Source: Iphione sp. A-MEVVRFRX5 (lineage: Eukaryota). From it: a stretch of 64,000 nucleotides of DNA. Location: NCBI GenBank assembly GCA_976226885.1, contig OZ320313.1:63798001-63862000 (forward strand). The letters are read 5' to 3'. The position numbers were made by a program, and so were the translations under genes. A model generated the notes under the pieces. That model was not told the DNA's origin. It made no database searches and saw only the letters and a list, made by a program, of their open reading frames with translations. Position 1 is the first letter of the stretch. Every line of letters begins with the position of its first letter. This document shows positions 9,938 through 23,400 of this stretch, piece after piece.

Positions 9938-12047
9938 TATCACAAAAGGATCTTACATTTATGGGATCCATGTCTCTTAACATACTACATATGTTTAAGA
10001 TACTTCATCCATATATGAGACAAACATCACCTTTATCTTCCTGTATAACATGATAGTTTCAATCCCATCGTTACTTTTACATAATTTATTATGAAACCTT
10101 GCCTACAGTACACTTTGTACACAAAGTGATATGAAAGGAAATATCTTTTTGCTGCTCTCAGCAGCGTTGCTATAAATACTATACCCGTAAAGTACGAAGA
10201 GTGAGATTACAACGTAGTGAACAGTGGTCCATGGTTTTCTGCATGTCATGCTGTTGCTAGCACGATATTTGCAAAGCCTATCAGTATGCAGCTTGTCTGG
10301 GCACATGAGAATCCGCTTTTTCTTCACATTGTCCTCTATAATCCCTTTCATTCCCTTGCCATCAATCTTTTTCCTTCTCATCCCGCTTGCTTCGTCCTAC
10401 TCGTTCTTCTCCCCGATAGGCGAATGCGTTCTTTTAAGGTCGTCTTCTCTTCTACCACTTCTCCTCTGTCTATTCTTCTCCTTCTTCCCCCTCTCTTTCA
10501 TTCTTTTTCCCTTTAGCCCTCTTTCCTTTCCACTCCGGCTTTCTCCCCAGCTGACTGCACTGACCCACCAGGCCGAGCAAGGTCAATGCATTAGAGTGAT
10601 GTATGCCCGACGTCTATTGTGAGCGGCTCATAGATTTGGAGCAGCTCTCCACAGAAAGGTCAGCGCGCTGCAGCACTGTCCATCAGGCGACTTAACCCTT
10701 ACCCTCCGGCTGTCCGCTCGTCCGCCTATCTGCGACCGCCCGCCCGCTCGCGACTTCTCCGGGCCGCCGTGGCTTTGGGTCCCAGGGCCGCCAATGGTCA
10801 ATCCAACGATGCAATGTGACGCGCGGGTCCACCCAATGGTATTCGGTACTATGTTCACCCCCCGCCCCAAGCCCAACACCCACCTAAGTTCTATCTCATG
10901 GGCTCCTCGTCGCACTTGTGTGCTATTGGCAAATGGCTGAGATCCAGTCGCTGCAGCGTCAGATATGGATGACCAACCTGTTGTCTGTGTATACTTGAAG
11001 GCGAAGGGATATTTCCCCCCTGCCCATTGCTGAAACAACGCTGTTCGAAGATATATCGTGTCAATTATCTCTATTGTAACCTTGACTTGATCGCATTCCA
11101 CATCGCCAGACACAAACCTATATAATGCATCTTAGGCAATTTATTCCTTTTTATTTGTATGTGATTATGCTCCGTATCATAAAAGCACCAATCCGCCAAC
11201 TACGATTTATACATGTTTGGTTTTGAGGACAATTTAGGTGGATGAAACGTAAAATAACATACATATCATACCCTTTGCCGAAGACCTAGGGAAATTATAT
11301 AGTCGTTTCTGTTGATTTTCCAGTCTACCTGTTTTGCCTGTGTATTGAAATAGGTTCTATTTGACCCAATGCTACGTACACTTTAGTAATCTGCAAATAA
11401 GGAAAGCTTCAGCGTATACTACTGCTATGTAAGCTTGTTTGCTGCCTTCCCAGACTGGAACATGGTTAAGCGATGACCCAGGATGGGTTGAATTAGATAG
11501 GAGGGTGTAAGCTGGAGTGTGCGGGTCGGACTAGCCTGGTGTCCGCCGCTGTACTACACGCAGGTGGCACCTGGATGAAATGGGGGCTCTTAGGGACTTG
11601 TGGGGTTTGGTGGGTGGTATGGTGGGTGATGGTAAAAGGGGTGGGAGGGGGAAACAGCCTAAGCTTTACGGCATTAAAATTCAAGCAATGCCCCACACCC
11701 TGCAACGAGTAGCCATGATGGTAGTAGAATAACAGATGGAGCCTCCTCCTAAATTAAAATTTATATATTCATCAGCCCCAGGTGAGTCAGGGGACCGCTA
11801 ATTTAACCCTTTCCATCAGACCATTATAAACTGCCTGAAGTAACTTTACACTACTGGACACTTTTCACACACTGCTTTAAACAGAGGTGCTAGCGGTCAT
11901 GTTTAGGGAACTTCATGGGATCGCTAACAAAATCATGTTCCGAATGTGATGATTAGGCCATGAATTAAAATAGGCGATGATTAAATTATGGAAGTATAGA
12001 GGTAGCATTGTGCATCATACAACTGTAGTATTTTATTGTCTTTCTAG

Positions 12048-12161
12048 ATGGTATGGAATAATGTGCGCCAACTTGTAAAACACAAGACCTATCGGTGGCT
12101 GGTACCTCTACTAATATTCAACGGCTTCGAACAAGGATTTGTGTATGCAGATTACAATAAG
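12048..12161 (+). CDS. UNC93A: UNC93-like MFS membrane protein, internal coding exon (upstream exons not found in the window)
   Basis: Acceptor tttctag, donor gtaagt, phase 0/0. Peptide MVWNNVRQLVKHKTYRWLVPLLIFNGFEQGFVYADYNK matches the UNC93 L..LL...G..QGF...Y.. segment. Confidence 0.85.
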
Positions 12162-14049
12162 GTAAGTCTGTTTTCCTTTCTGTGGTGATACAGCTTATCA
12201 AAAGGTCCTTAACAATATACCGCATTATATATTTGAGAATATACGAAAATGTTTGCATATTTAGCATGACATCGTAGCTATCATTGCTGGCTGCAGTTAA
12301 ATTCTACATGAAGGAAGTATAATTATGTGGCAGTGGCAGGGGAAACATAAACGCATATTTCCTGTCTAGAAGTAGGTGAAATGGCATTTATAGATTACCT
12401 TTCAAGGTCCACATTATATCGTTACTGTATTATGTTGATGCATTACTAACAACAATAGATCATTTACAACTGGCAAGACAATATCGACAATATATTATGT
12501 TTACTGGACATTGACAGACAACTCAAGTCAACACATTTTTGTATGTCTTTTCTTCGAGTGAGACTCCAGATTTCTTTGGGCAGTTAAGTGTAAACAAAGG
12601 GTTTTCAAAACAAATTTCGACTGTGACAATTAAATCTTTTATCAATATTTGTATCCATTGATTACATACAGGCAAATTGCAACCCCCTCTAAGTATTATT
12701 TGTTCGTAAATCCTGTGGAGGTGAATAAATGGTGATAAGAGGTGATTTTATGTGCAGTTTCACTAGATTTCAAATACCTTAATTAAAGGAAGTAATGTGA
12801 ACTGATGTGTGCACTTCAAATCCAAAGCTGGTTAGATATATAATGCCCCCCCCAAATTTCTGTGAGGGAATTTTTCAAAACTATAAATATAACAGAGAAT
12901 ATTACAAAAGCTCAGAGGGAAACGCGACTTCGTTTCGCCTTCCTGCCCAGTACCCAGCGCCTCTACATGTTTAGGGCGCTAGTCGTTTGATGTCATTCCC
13001 AATACAAGTATTTCAGTGGTTGGTCTTCACTTTAAGTTGGGTTGGGAGAATTCTCTTCGGCATCACTGCTTATTCCTCTGAAAGATAAATCGTATCCTTA
13101 ACAGTAAACCCTTACTATTCGATCAACCGCCTTATACCAGTCCCCTCGCCATTCCAGACACAATTGCTTGGAACATAATGAACCACATTTTGTAATCTAT
13201 TATGTAAACCCTCACTATTGCCGGCACCAAAAGAGTAACAATGGGGACACCCTCACCTTGTAACACCTCATTGCCCGTGGCTCTACTCCCAGCCCAACTA
13301 GTTTCCACCTTGTCGAAGTATGTCTTTTGGCCGTGCACCTTGCCCCTCTACATTCATATCTTGATCCCAATTTTTTTGAGGTGAAAATCCCAAACTTGAA
13401 GCAATGTATCCTCCCCATAAATAACACTTAGAAGCAGTGGTAGACAAATCGTGACCAAAGAATCCCTGAACAATTGAAAGAGTTCTTTGGCAAGAGCATA
13501 GCAGAGGAACTAGGTCCTTACAGAGTGCAGAAAAATTATCAGAACTAACACTTCTTGTTTACTCCTGCAACCAAAGAGCAGATGACAAAATCAACACACT
13601 TACATTTGTATGTAAAACACTAAGAACCCAGCGACCTATTGACCGTACATTCTTGCAACGTGATACCGGAAACACAGATATTTTTAGGGCGGGAACTAAA
13701 TACAGGTACGTCCGTTTAATAGGTTTACATGTTAATAGATCTATTGTAATAGCCCCATGTGTCTGTATCCACTTCAGTATCTGCATGGTGTCAATACATG
13801 GTGTCTATTCTATGCACCATGGAAAATACATAGATGCAGATGGTGCAGTTTGGATACTGACACATCAGTTTTGAGCCTGGGTGGGTATGTCATGCATGTA
13901 CACGGGTCGATTCCAGACCTGTGTGAACGTCTGCACCTACCCATACGCATGGAAATTGCCCTTTATTCAAAGTAGCATGGGAAATTATTTAGGGGGTATG
14001 AATGATTTAAATTAAGCGGTATCACACCCTCACGAAAGGCAGCTTTGGC

Positions 14050-14245
14050 AGTAAATGTACATTTACTTTATGCAGACTGGTCATGTGAGATCTGACCATG
14101 TGAAACCACACGCGTTACATGATACCCATTCTGAATGAATGTTTTTTTTGTTACTTGACTCTGTCGTATCTGTTACATATGTTTCATGTTGGCCAAGAAG
14201 AACTTTGTCATGTATATGAAGAATCTGGTTAATAAAAGATCAATC
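14050..14245 (+). mobile_element. Probable 3' end of a non-LTR element with an (ATCA)n tail
   Basis: aataaaagatcaatcaatcaatcactcaatcaat follows an AT-rich UTR-like segment. Confidence 0.4.
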
Positions 14246-14747
14246 AATCAATCACTCAATCAATATATGCTTAGACCGTCATACTATGATGAATGTGCAT
14301 ATCCTGCCTGAAGATATTCCTACTTTAAAACCTCAAACCTTCTGCACCTTATCGACCACATTTTGCACCCCGCCCACCATACAGCGCAGTGGTATTCCAT
14401 TTAGAGAGTAGCTATGGGATAACAGTAACCTAATGTATATATATACTGCATATGAAGTGTTTAATGATTCTTAATACACTCATTATCCCAGCTATTGGAA
14501 ACACAACACAGATTATAGAATAGCGTTTATGCCATACTAAGCTCTATTTGGTTTCTACATTGAAAATAATCCAACTTTTAATGACAGTTGTGCACAGGAT
14601 GTAAGCAAAGTCAACATGTGATTGATATTGTTAACGAGACAATGAAAATACACACACATATATAAATATAATTTTATATTAGTAACGACACTAACAATAA
14701 CTTGGGAAATATCACAGGCAAGATCTCCTTTATTAAGAAGAGAAAAA

Positions 14748-15263
14748 AATGGCTGAGAATGACGGTTAAGAGTGGAACAGCGACGTCACAGAGGTAACCT
14801 GGCAATATATCTGTTGCATAGCAATAATTGTTGATTGAGTGTACTAATCATATATTATCATAAATATCCTATTTATAATCCATATATACCATGCACTCAA
14901 GCAAAGTATACGATGTATGTTAACGCTGAAGTTGATTTCCTACCTCCTGCAAGTTATGACGGAGTGCAGACAGTACTAAACAACCTCAGACGGTACGGAT
15001 ATTTTTGAATTGTCATCGGTAGATGAAAAGTGAGGTCTCTTAAAAACCAGAACCATCAATCCTCTCGGTGACAAGCTACTGATCCAGATGTGCTGTTCAC
15101 GTGGCTTTGTCATGTATTGGTTGTGCTTCTTCCAAGACGTTACGGTCGGACGTGATTACTGGCATACTTGACGTACTGGTTGGCCAAAAAAGCGGTCACG
15201 TTGTTTTCCGTGCTGATTGGACGATGTGCATCAAAGCTGTGGCATGTTTATTCTACAGCCGTT
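14748..15263. mobile_element. Non-autonomous DNA element with short imperfect TIRs (possibly Crypton-like)
   Basis: aatggctgagaat (14748) and attctacagccgtt (ending 15263) are near inverted repeats. The interior is CpG-rich with several ATTGG/TGACGT motifs. Family assignment is from memory only. Confidence 0.35.
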
Positions 15264-15504
15264 AAGAGTCCTCTCGATTGGCCTGCTCCCAAAAGCACTT
15301 ACAGCCTACCATACATAGGAGGCAGAAAACTGAGAGCCTTGTAACGCCTTTTGTAAACTGTGGGCTTGTTAAGGTAACAAGGAGGCAAGCACGCTCTCTG
15401 TGGTATTACGTTTAGTCCATGGAGTAAGACAAGACAGCATGCAAAATTCACAAAAAGTCATTTTAATGACCCGATTCCACTTCATTTAGACGATAACGAT
15501 GGGT

Positions 15505-15855
15505 GGGGAGGGAGTTCAGTTGGTTAGAGTGCTGACTAGCACTGGTCCACTGATTGAAAGGCTGCAGATTCATTCATGGGCCTGGGACTGTTGATCATAA
15601 CCAGACGGATTTACTGTAGCCCCAACCCAGAGTGGTTGACATATCCTTTTAACAAATGTCATAGGTGTATAGGATTCTGTCCCCTGTATATAAAAAGACT
15701 CCAGAAACCTGTTTCAAATAAGAGTAGGGGCAACTCCAGGTTTCTGGTCTCAATTCTCAGTAATAGGTGGTAGTATACTGCCCCAGGAAAATATGGGAGA
15801 ACAGCTTAAATAAGATCTGAATATCCCGTTCCTGGATAAATATACAATGAAATAA
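15505..15855 (+). mobile_element. tRNA-derived SINE with Deu/Nin-like core (copy 2, full length)
   Basis: A-box-like agttcagttggttagag, core taagagtaggggcaactccagg (15719) and a tail shared with the copies at 7128 and 53422. Confidence 0.8.
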
Positions 15856-16984
15856 AATTATTCTTCTCAAGTACGTGCCATTTGTTAATTATTAATATCA
15901 TATACAACACCAGTCATGACTGCATTTTTTATAGTGTATTACAAATTCACGTTCTCTACAATGGTGATATGCTAAGATAAAGAATATATAAAAATATAAC
16001 CAGTAAACCCTTTGGTTGAAACAAATTAATGAAAGGGTTTATGTAAATCATTATAGTCTGACTTTTGTGGACGTAGGCCTATTTTCCCTAGTGGACACTG
16101 CTTTGCTCTCATATCTCGTAGAACATTCTTTTTACTTAAGCGTTGGAATACTATGTAGCTTCATATTTTTTTGGGCACGGGTATACAGTTCCCTCTTGAC
16201 GAGTCTCTAGGAACAAAGCTCCTTTATACCAAACGTTCATACATTAACATACTTTGTCACCTGATGCCACATTTTACTAAACTGCTTTTTAAAAAAAATT
16301 ACTAAAGGTGCCAGGAGGAGAAAGATATTTGTAACTATACGAGAAAGCAGATTTCAGTAAATCCTACAGTAACTGAATACGTGTATTATGCTAAAGGAGT
16401 ATACCTCTGATAAAGAAGTTTGACACAATGAAGTGATATCATAGAACACATCGATTTGGTTAATATATGTATACCTGTATAGATAAAGGACTGCTGGGGC
16501 ATTTAATCCTGCCTTAACACAAACGAGTAAAGATCCATGTCATGCCAACCACAACGCGTTATTTCTGAGCTTCTTTAAATGGCGCAGGTGGCGGCTATCC
16601 CATCGGACCTTGTGCCTGGGACCAGGCCACCTATTGGTTGATTCCCTTGGAAGGCAAGGCGCATGCGCCGCATGTGATCGATCGCGACAACCACGAAATA
16701 TAATTTTCTTGAAGAACACGAGCCGATCTATAGGGATAAAATGGCAGTATCGAGGGGCAACTGTATGTAGAATGGCAACAGCTATAGAGGCTCACAGGAG
16801 GCCACTGTCAAAGGTGGTCGCCTTTATTTTTATTTATCTTTCCATAAATAGATTACGATCGCCACTGGAAACAATTATTATTGTAAAGGATAGCAGCAGA
16901 CAGAACTTGACAAACCATGAAAATGCTTCTTAAGATAATTTAGTGCCAAAGGAATACACGTATTTAACAACATGGAATAAGTGT

Positions 16985-17095
16985 TGCCGAGAGAAGTAGA
17001 GAGAGAGGTAGACAGACAAAGGGACAGACAGACACAGACACAAAGAAACAGACATATAGGCCTAGACAAAAAGAGAGATAGAGAGAGCAAATATC
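16985..17095. repeat. Degenerate (GA)n/(GACA)n microsatellite
   Basis: gagagaagtagagagagaggtagacagacaaagggacagacagacacagacac... Confidence 0.7.
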
Positions 17096-19109
17096 TGTTA
17101 AAAGGAGAATACAAGGTTTAGCTGAGTTGATGTTACATTAAAGAGGACTCCGTTCAATAAACCTTCAGTGTAGAATGTCCACCTGGACTCGACTTAGAAA
17201 AAAACTTAAGCAAGTATTTTTCAAATTATGTCTTACTGTGTATCAAATGGCTGACACGTGTAAACATAAGTAGTTGTTAGTATCAGTCGTGGTCGTCTTA
17301 TGTCTGTCTCACCTATGTTTGCGGAGGATAGGTCCGGTGTGCGTGCATCTAAATCGGGTTCTCCGCCTCAGTCTCAATTTCAATTTGCGAACGTTCGCCT
17401 TGGAGGGGCGAGCGCGTCGGCGTAGAACAGGCCCCTCGTGAATTAATGTGAGTAGATGGCCCGAGACTCAGGGTCGCTGGTCACTTCAGAATGCAAAACT
17501 CTCCCCGAGCGCACGAAAGTGTCAGATCCTAAAATAAGAAGAAATGAAAAAAAAAACGTTGAGTGTGCCTGTCTGTAACTTGCCTGATGTGTTCGTCCTG
17601 AACTCCTTCTGTCCTAAGATGGTAAAATAGACATACCAGGGCTTCTATAGTATTGGCTTGTATATAGTTTTGATATTTTTATAGTTCGACATTTATTTTG
17701 TCGAGATCTAAGTGAAAATAGCTACTAAAATTTCAGCATTCAACTTAGGTAATTCCCATTATGAATGCTATGTAATTATCGCTAGTGAAATATTAAGAAT
17801 TCTACAAAGGGATACTATATGCTAACTGGAAAGAGAGAGGAATGAAAGTTGTTCATTTGAAACATTTCTATGTACCACCTATGCAAATCGACATGCAATA
17901 GGCGTACATTATGCATATACAGGGACGTCTATATGAAACAAAAGTTTCTCGCAACCGTCTTTAGAAGGTCGTGCCAACAAAAGAAAATAATAAAAGTAAA
18001 TTAGCGCCAGGCCGAGGACAGATTGGCATTGGTGTAGATATGCACTGACCCATGAGGAGGAAGATGACGATAAGTTCCAAGAGAGGTCAACAGACATAGG
18101 AGGTTGGTGGTAGTCGCGGGAAAAGGCAGTGCTTGTACTCTTTCCTTTCTCCATCAGCATGTCAGTTCCAGACGGGTGCAACTGATCGATGCCACTTCTT
18201 ATATCTGAAGCACACCAAACCAACGATCCAGTGTGAACCCCACGGTGTCGGTTATAAGGCCCAAGAAAAGATATCTATGTTTCTGGTAAGATATTTACAA
18301 CATATAGGGTCGGTAGTAGGTGGGTTTTTTCAAAAAGAAATTTCTCTCATTTTCTTTATTATTGGAGCCTAAAAACAACAAATATATGTTTCCTAGCGTT
18401 TAAGTGCCACTTTTACTACTTGGATCTTAATGAAACTTATATCACATGAAACCTGAGGACCCATCATTTGCAGTGTATAGGGAAAACAATTCTTTAAAAT
18501 TGTTATAACCCAGAAATTAAGGTCAGTCAGGCTACCGGAAACACAGATCTTTTTTATGGGCCTAATGCTGAGATGATGCTGAATAAAGGAAAGATCTCAG
18601 TACAGGGGCTTCTGCTGTCGAAGCCCTATTTTGTAAAAAAGGGTCCCCCAAGTCCAAAAGTGCACGTTATAGGCCTAAACCTTAATTCTGTTAGTAGTAC
18701 AGGACTAATGCTATCGTATCACCAAAACTGACCTCATCTAATAGGCCATTCCATCAGAATATATCTTGATTACATTACTTCATAGACTACCGTAAATAGG
18801 GCCTACTGGCGGGAACATCCCGGGAAGACCAACCAACAATCCCACGCACTGAGTAACAAAAAGTATGTAGAATCCCTACTGTCAGTCAAAGACTAATCCT
18901 GATAGCTAGAAGCACAGGAGGCTGATGTTTGTATGGCTAATATCTTCTAAGTCCTGATAATCTTTACACTTTGTACAAAATATTCCATCACTGTATTTCA
19001 GATTTCAGAGTTATTAATTACCCTTTACCGTGATGACGCAGTACTGCAACAGTTAAATTTTCAGGAACACTATCTCAGTGCTCTGCTTATGCAGGCACTT
19101 CTTTGATTA

Positions 19110-20450
19110 CTGCGTTAGGTATTTATGATATAAATGAACCATGGAACCATGGAAAAAAACGCAACCAACCCATTTCCCTTTGTGGTGTTGAAAATATATT
19201 TGAAATCCGTAGGTCGCTGATGCATAATGGTTTAAGTGTATTTATTAGTACATATGACCATAATGAATCATATCTACAATATTTGCGCAACCAGGTCTCT
19301 GAATTGGGTATACTGACCTTTCCTGCGACCTTGTGCACGTCACTTCAACGTTGAGCTGATTGGCAACCACCTACCATCTTATGCCTCAAGGGTTTGCCTG
19401 AGCAGCTAACACTTCTAATTTCATCATCCATCCGTCAGCGACGAGCCACCACACCAAGGCGGCACGCAGCTCTCACTAATGCTAACCATCGACACGGGGC
19501 TATTTTAGAGTGTAATTTACGGTGATTACAGTGCAACACACATTAAATAGAGCTCGCTCCTGCTGCAGCATTGTCTAAAAGAATAGAAACTTGCTTGACT
19601 TAGCGACATTATACACATATCAGCATACATGCACATACATTCATTTATATATGCTAGCTAAACTGTGTAGACACAGAGACATTCCTTCATTGAATTTTTT
19701 TGTCGGAAAGCGGCGAAACACTGGAAGCCTCTAATCAGGACGCTCTTGGTTCACATTTATTACTTTTTCTAATTGAGACATGCCCTATTAGAGATTTCTT
19801 TTAATTCACAACAAATAGAATCCGTTCTCCCCAAAGTGTCCCCATTAGAGGCATGTTGTCATCCGAGGTGTGTTCTTAAGGTTGGTTTTCAGTGTTTATG
19901 GAGGAGTTTGTGCAGACGTTCCGTAGGTACTACACTGGTCTTAACACGTATAAAACAATCTACAGAGGAATGATGAAATGCAGACAGTACTTGATCTTAT
20001 ATTCAAATATCAACATTGTGAGCAAATATACTTGTTAAAAACTACATTACATTCTGATCATATCCACTTTGTAGTCTGTCTGTAAAGTGGCATTCAACGG
20101 TAAACATACATTTCTATGTTGATAATTGGCTCATTGTGACCCATCAACATCTCAGTATTCTCTCTATATGGACCGATCAGGAAAGGGAAACGACACAAAT
20201 AACGGTCCAAGCCTCCAATTTATCAGTCAATTTAACATTATACATGTATTAATCTCAAATATTGGTAAATGCAAAAAGGAAGGTCACAGGAGAATGTGAA
20301 ACCTATTGTAAAATATTGGAAATAAAGTGTGAGTATCAGCTGTTCAACTTCTGATATACTGATGAAGCAATTTTATAGGGTAAGATGGGGTCTTTTAATT
20401 AGATATCAAAATATTTCATTATTCCTGTATTGTGTATCATTTTCTTATTA
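19110..20450 (-). mobile_element. Highly degenerate CR1/L2-type LINE relic
   Basis: Minus-strand SEVEQLILTL, and a C-terminal VSIPNSETWLRKYCRYDSLW...FFPWFHGS that resembles the end of the LINE at 36551-36751 (LRIP...FSPWFQGS). Confidence 0.4.
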
Positions 20451-23400
20451 CTCTTCGATGTTTCTTTAAAGATACAAATGAAGGGCTTTAAGCTGCACGG
20501 GTAGGTATTCAATTGCCTAATTTTCTGTAACCCTATTCAGCAGTCACTCTAATACCTTAAGTATAATTTTTGCCCTGTTATCTGGTTCTGCACTTAAACC
20601 AATCCACATCGAATAGCTTTAAAACACCATTCTGTACACAATATTCTTTCACGCAAAGACTGAAACCTAATTACGCCACCATAATCTACCTCTAGCTAGA
20701 CTTACAACAGCTCACACCCTCACGCTTATAAAATGCATAACGTAGTATTAATGACCCATTTGAACTAGTAATGATGTCGATTGATGCCTAAGTGTGACAC
20801 TTGTTTGATCAAGTTATCTTTATACGAATTTCAATTCTTTTTTTAATAAAGGGTCACCCACACATTCGTAATACTGATCAGGGTCAAGATAAGTATAAAC
20901 GGAGATACATATACATGTACCTGTACCTGTATAACATCGTAAAAATTGGGTCAGGCTAAACAGTATTCATCCACAGAGAAATAAAAGGAATTCATAGATG
21001 CATAAAACTGATACAAATCCGACCTACGGTACTTTTACCCTAGAATGTTCGATACGTTTGAACTGCTCTTATGAAGATAGAATGACATGCGAGAGATATA
21101 CATATCTATTTAAGTACTAACATCGGCATCGTTGCTGTACAACGTGCAAACACATCCGCCAGCCACTCCTTCACCATAACCAGAGTATCCCTATCAAGCC
21201 CTTCGGTGCTGCCGTACTAGGTTCCCCTGGAGCAGCTCTTACTGGAAGCAGAGCTGCAGGGCCGATTTGCTAGCGTGCCGCAGGTATACAGAGGCATGTT
21301 GGGCTGTTGCTCTTTACCGGCCGGCGAGCCACTCGATGAACGCAGTGAATAACCCTTGTGGAACGCAGAGTAACAGGCCCATATTACTGTTAGGTCTGAG
21401 CGCCGTGGATCAGAGGTGCCTAATGCTTAGCATTGCTGCAGTACATTCTGTCCCTTTCATTTATACCGCCTGTTGCTGTGTATTCTCTATCAGCTCTAGC
21501 TAATGGTTACGTGTATTTTTATATTCTTTAATCGACTCTTCGTTGTGCAGCCATTATCTACTTTCTGACATCCCTCCGTGATTTTCCCTTCTGTCCGCGG
21601 CTTTATATCCTTTTTTTGGCTTATACTTGCGACACTCAGCCCATCATTGCTTGCCCAGGGTCAAATGAGCGAACGATCTGTTTCTGTTAGCTTTTAATTT
21701 TTCCAGCTGCTTTCTTCTTCTAAACGATTACACATGAATACCAAAAGTGGCATTACAGTTAAACGCTGTGCGTTTGAGATCTCTATTACGATTGTGATTT
21801 ATGTTGCTTCTTCCTCACCTCTCTTTTTGTCTCCCCCTTTTCTCTCGCTATCGTTCTACAAATTGTCCATAAATTCTCCTTATACCAATAAACTAAATTA
21901 ACGTTCATGATATTCTTAGCCTTCTCTTTGCCTTCTGTTCAGTTCAACCACCACTACCTGTGGCTAATGCGAAAATGGCCCCTGGTTCATGAGGGTCCTG
22001 TCGTGTAAGTGGAGTTGACTTGCAAGGATTCTTCAGTTAAAAAACTTATTTTTTTAGCTTCGAGTGACATATAGTGTATTTATATGAAATGTATATGTGA
22101 AGGACTAAATTTATATGTAATTTTGGTTAGGGCTTTTCCCCCCACCAACATTCGTATACAATTTATGTTCCGGCGTCACTGAAGCTAGTTTATGATTTGC
22201 TATTCTTCAGTAGTGGTTGATGAAATTCGTAACATGTCGTTGATCACATCGGAGATGACTTCGCCCCTCGCTTTCCATACCTCGAGGAATGATATAAATA
22301 AATTGTAGAAAGACTGGCAGTTTGTAATTTGAACTACATTTTTACTTGTCTCTTTATTAAACCAATTCGGCGGAGGGGGGGGGGAGGCAACGGGATTTCA
22401 TCTGTAGCAATTCAATATAATAATGTCCCTATTATGTAAGAGATGAAATTTGAATGCTACAATAACTGCGTGCCATATTCTGGTAAATGAGTACTAATTA
22501 TGGGAAGCATGACCACTGCACGTGAATGCACCGGTATATATCAATGCTAACCATTTTATTTTAAGAGCCATATGCTGAGAAAGTAATCTATAGCTCCGCA
22601 GCCCATAGTACTGTGTTAGTCATGCATACACATATGATTTATCTTAAGTCGGCCCTCCATATCGAAACACACTTGCTTCTGCAGAGTTCTGTTCTGTAAA
22701 GAAGCATTACCGAGAGCATTTAATAGTGATTTAAATAAGCCTTGTGTCTCAGATGTGAGGTAAATTCATACAGTAAGTGTTCGGTCATCGCGGGCTGACT
22801 GCATGCATATATTGTGATAAAAGAGAAATAGTGGTTAATAATATCTAAATTGTGGATACAAGGGAAATAGTATGGTAAACATATCCCGATTTCATAGTCC
22901 TATTGTATTCACTGCGAGGCCCTCCTGCCTTTCTCCACTACACCACCTGTCCCTCACGGGTTGTAATTTTCAATGATTATACAAAAATGTACTATCAATA
23001 CGACTGGATGTACACGCTCTGCGAACTGCCGGATCGGATCGGGTGTCTAACTAGACCAAATAGTCTGTTTAGTGCTGCCTCAGCTACCAAGCTTTTGCAT
23101 TCTGGTGAAACGTGACAGAAACTGAACGTAGTGAAAGGTTTCTCCGGTCTGATGCCGTGCGTAGCTATAGACGAACTTGTTGCTCATTGTGGTATGTAGC
23201 ATTTGTGCTACCTCCTGTCGCTTCAGTCTGTCCTGTTGACAGCGTGCAAACGAGCTTGTCTCTCTGCCATAGCATCTGATGCTGATGGTATGGCATCAGC
23301 TCCTGAGAGCAGATGTCTGGAGCAGATGGAGCTAGGCCAAGGCGGGTAGGTGGGTGAGGAGCAGCTCGTCAAGTCTCGTGCGCAGTATCTCGGGTAGAGG

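Noticed and set aside
1-12047. Upstream exons of the UNC93-like gene
   Set aside because: No spliceable segment with UNC93-like N-terminal transmembrane sequence was found by eye; those exons probably lie left of the window.
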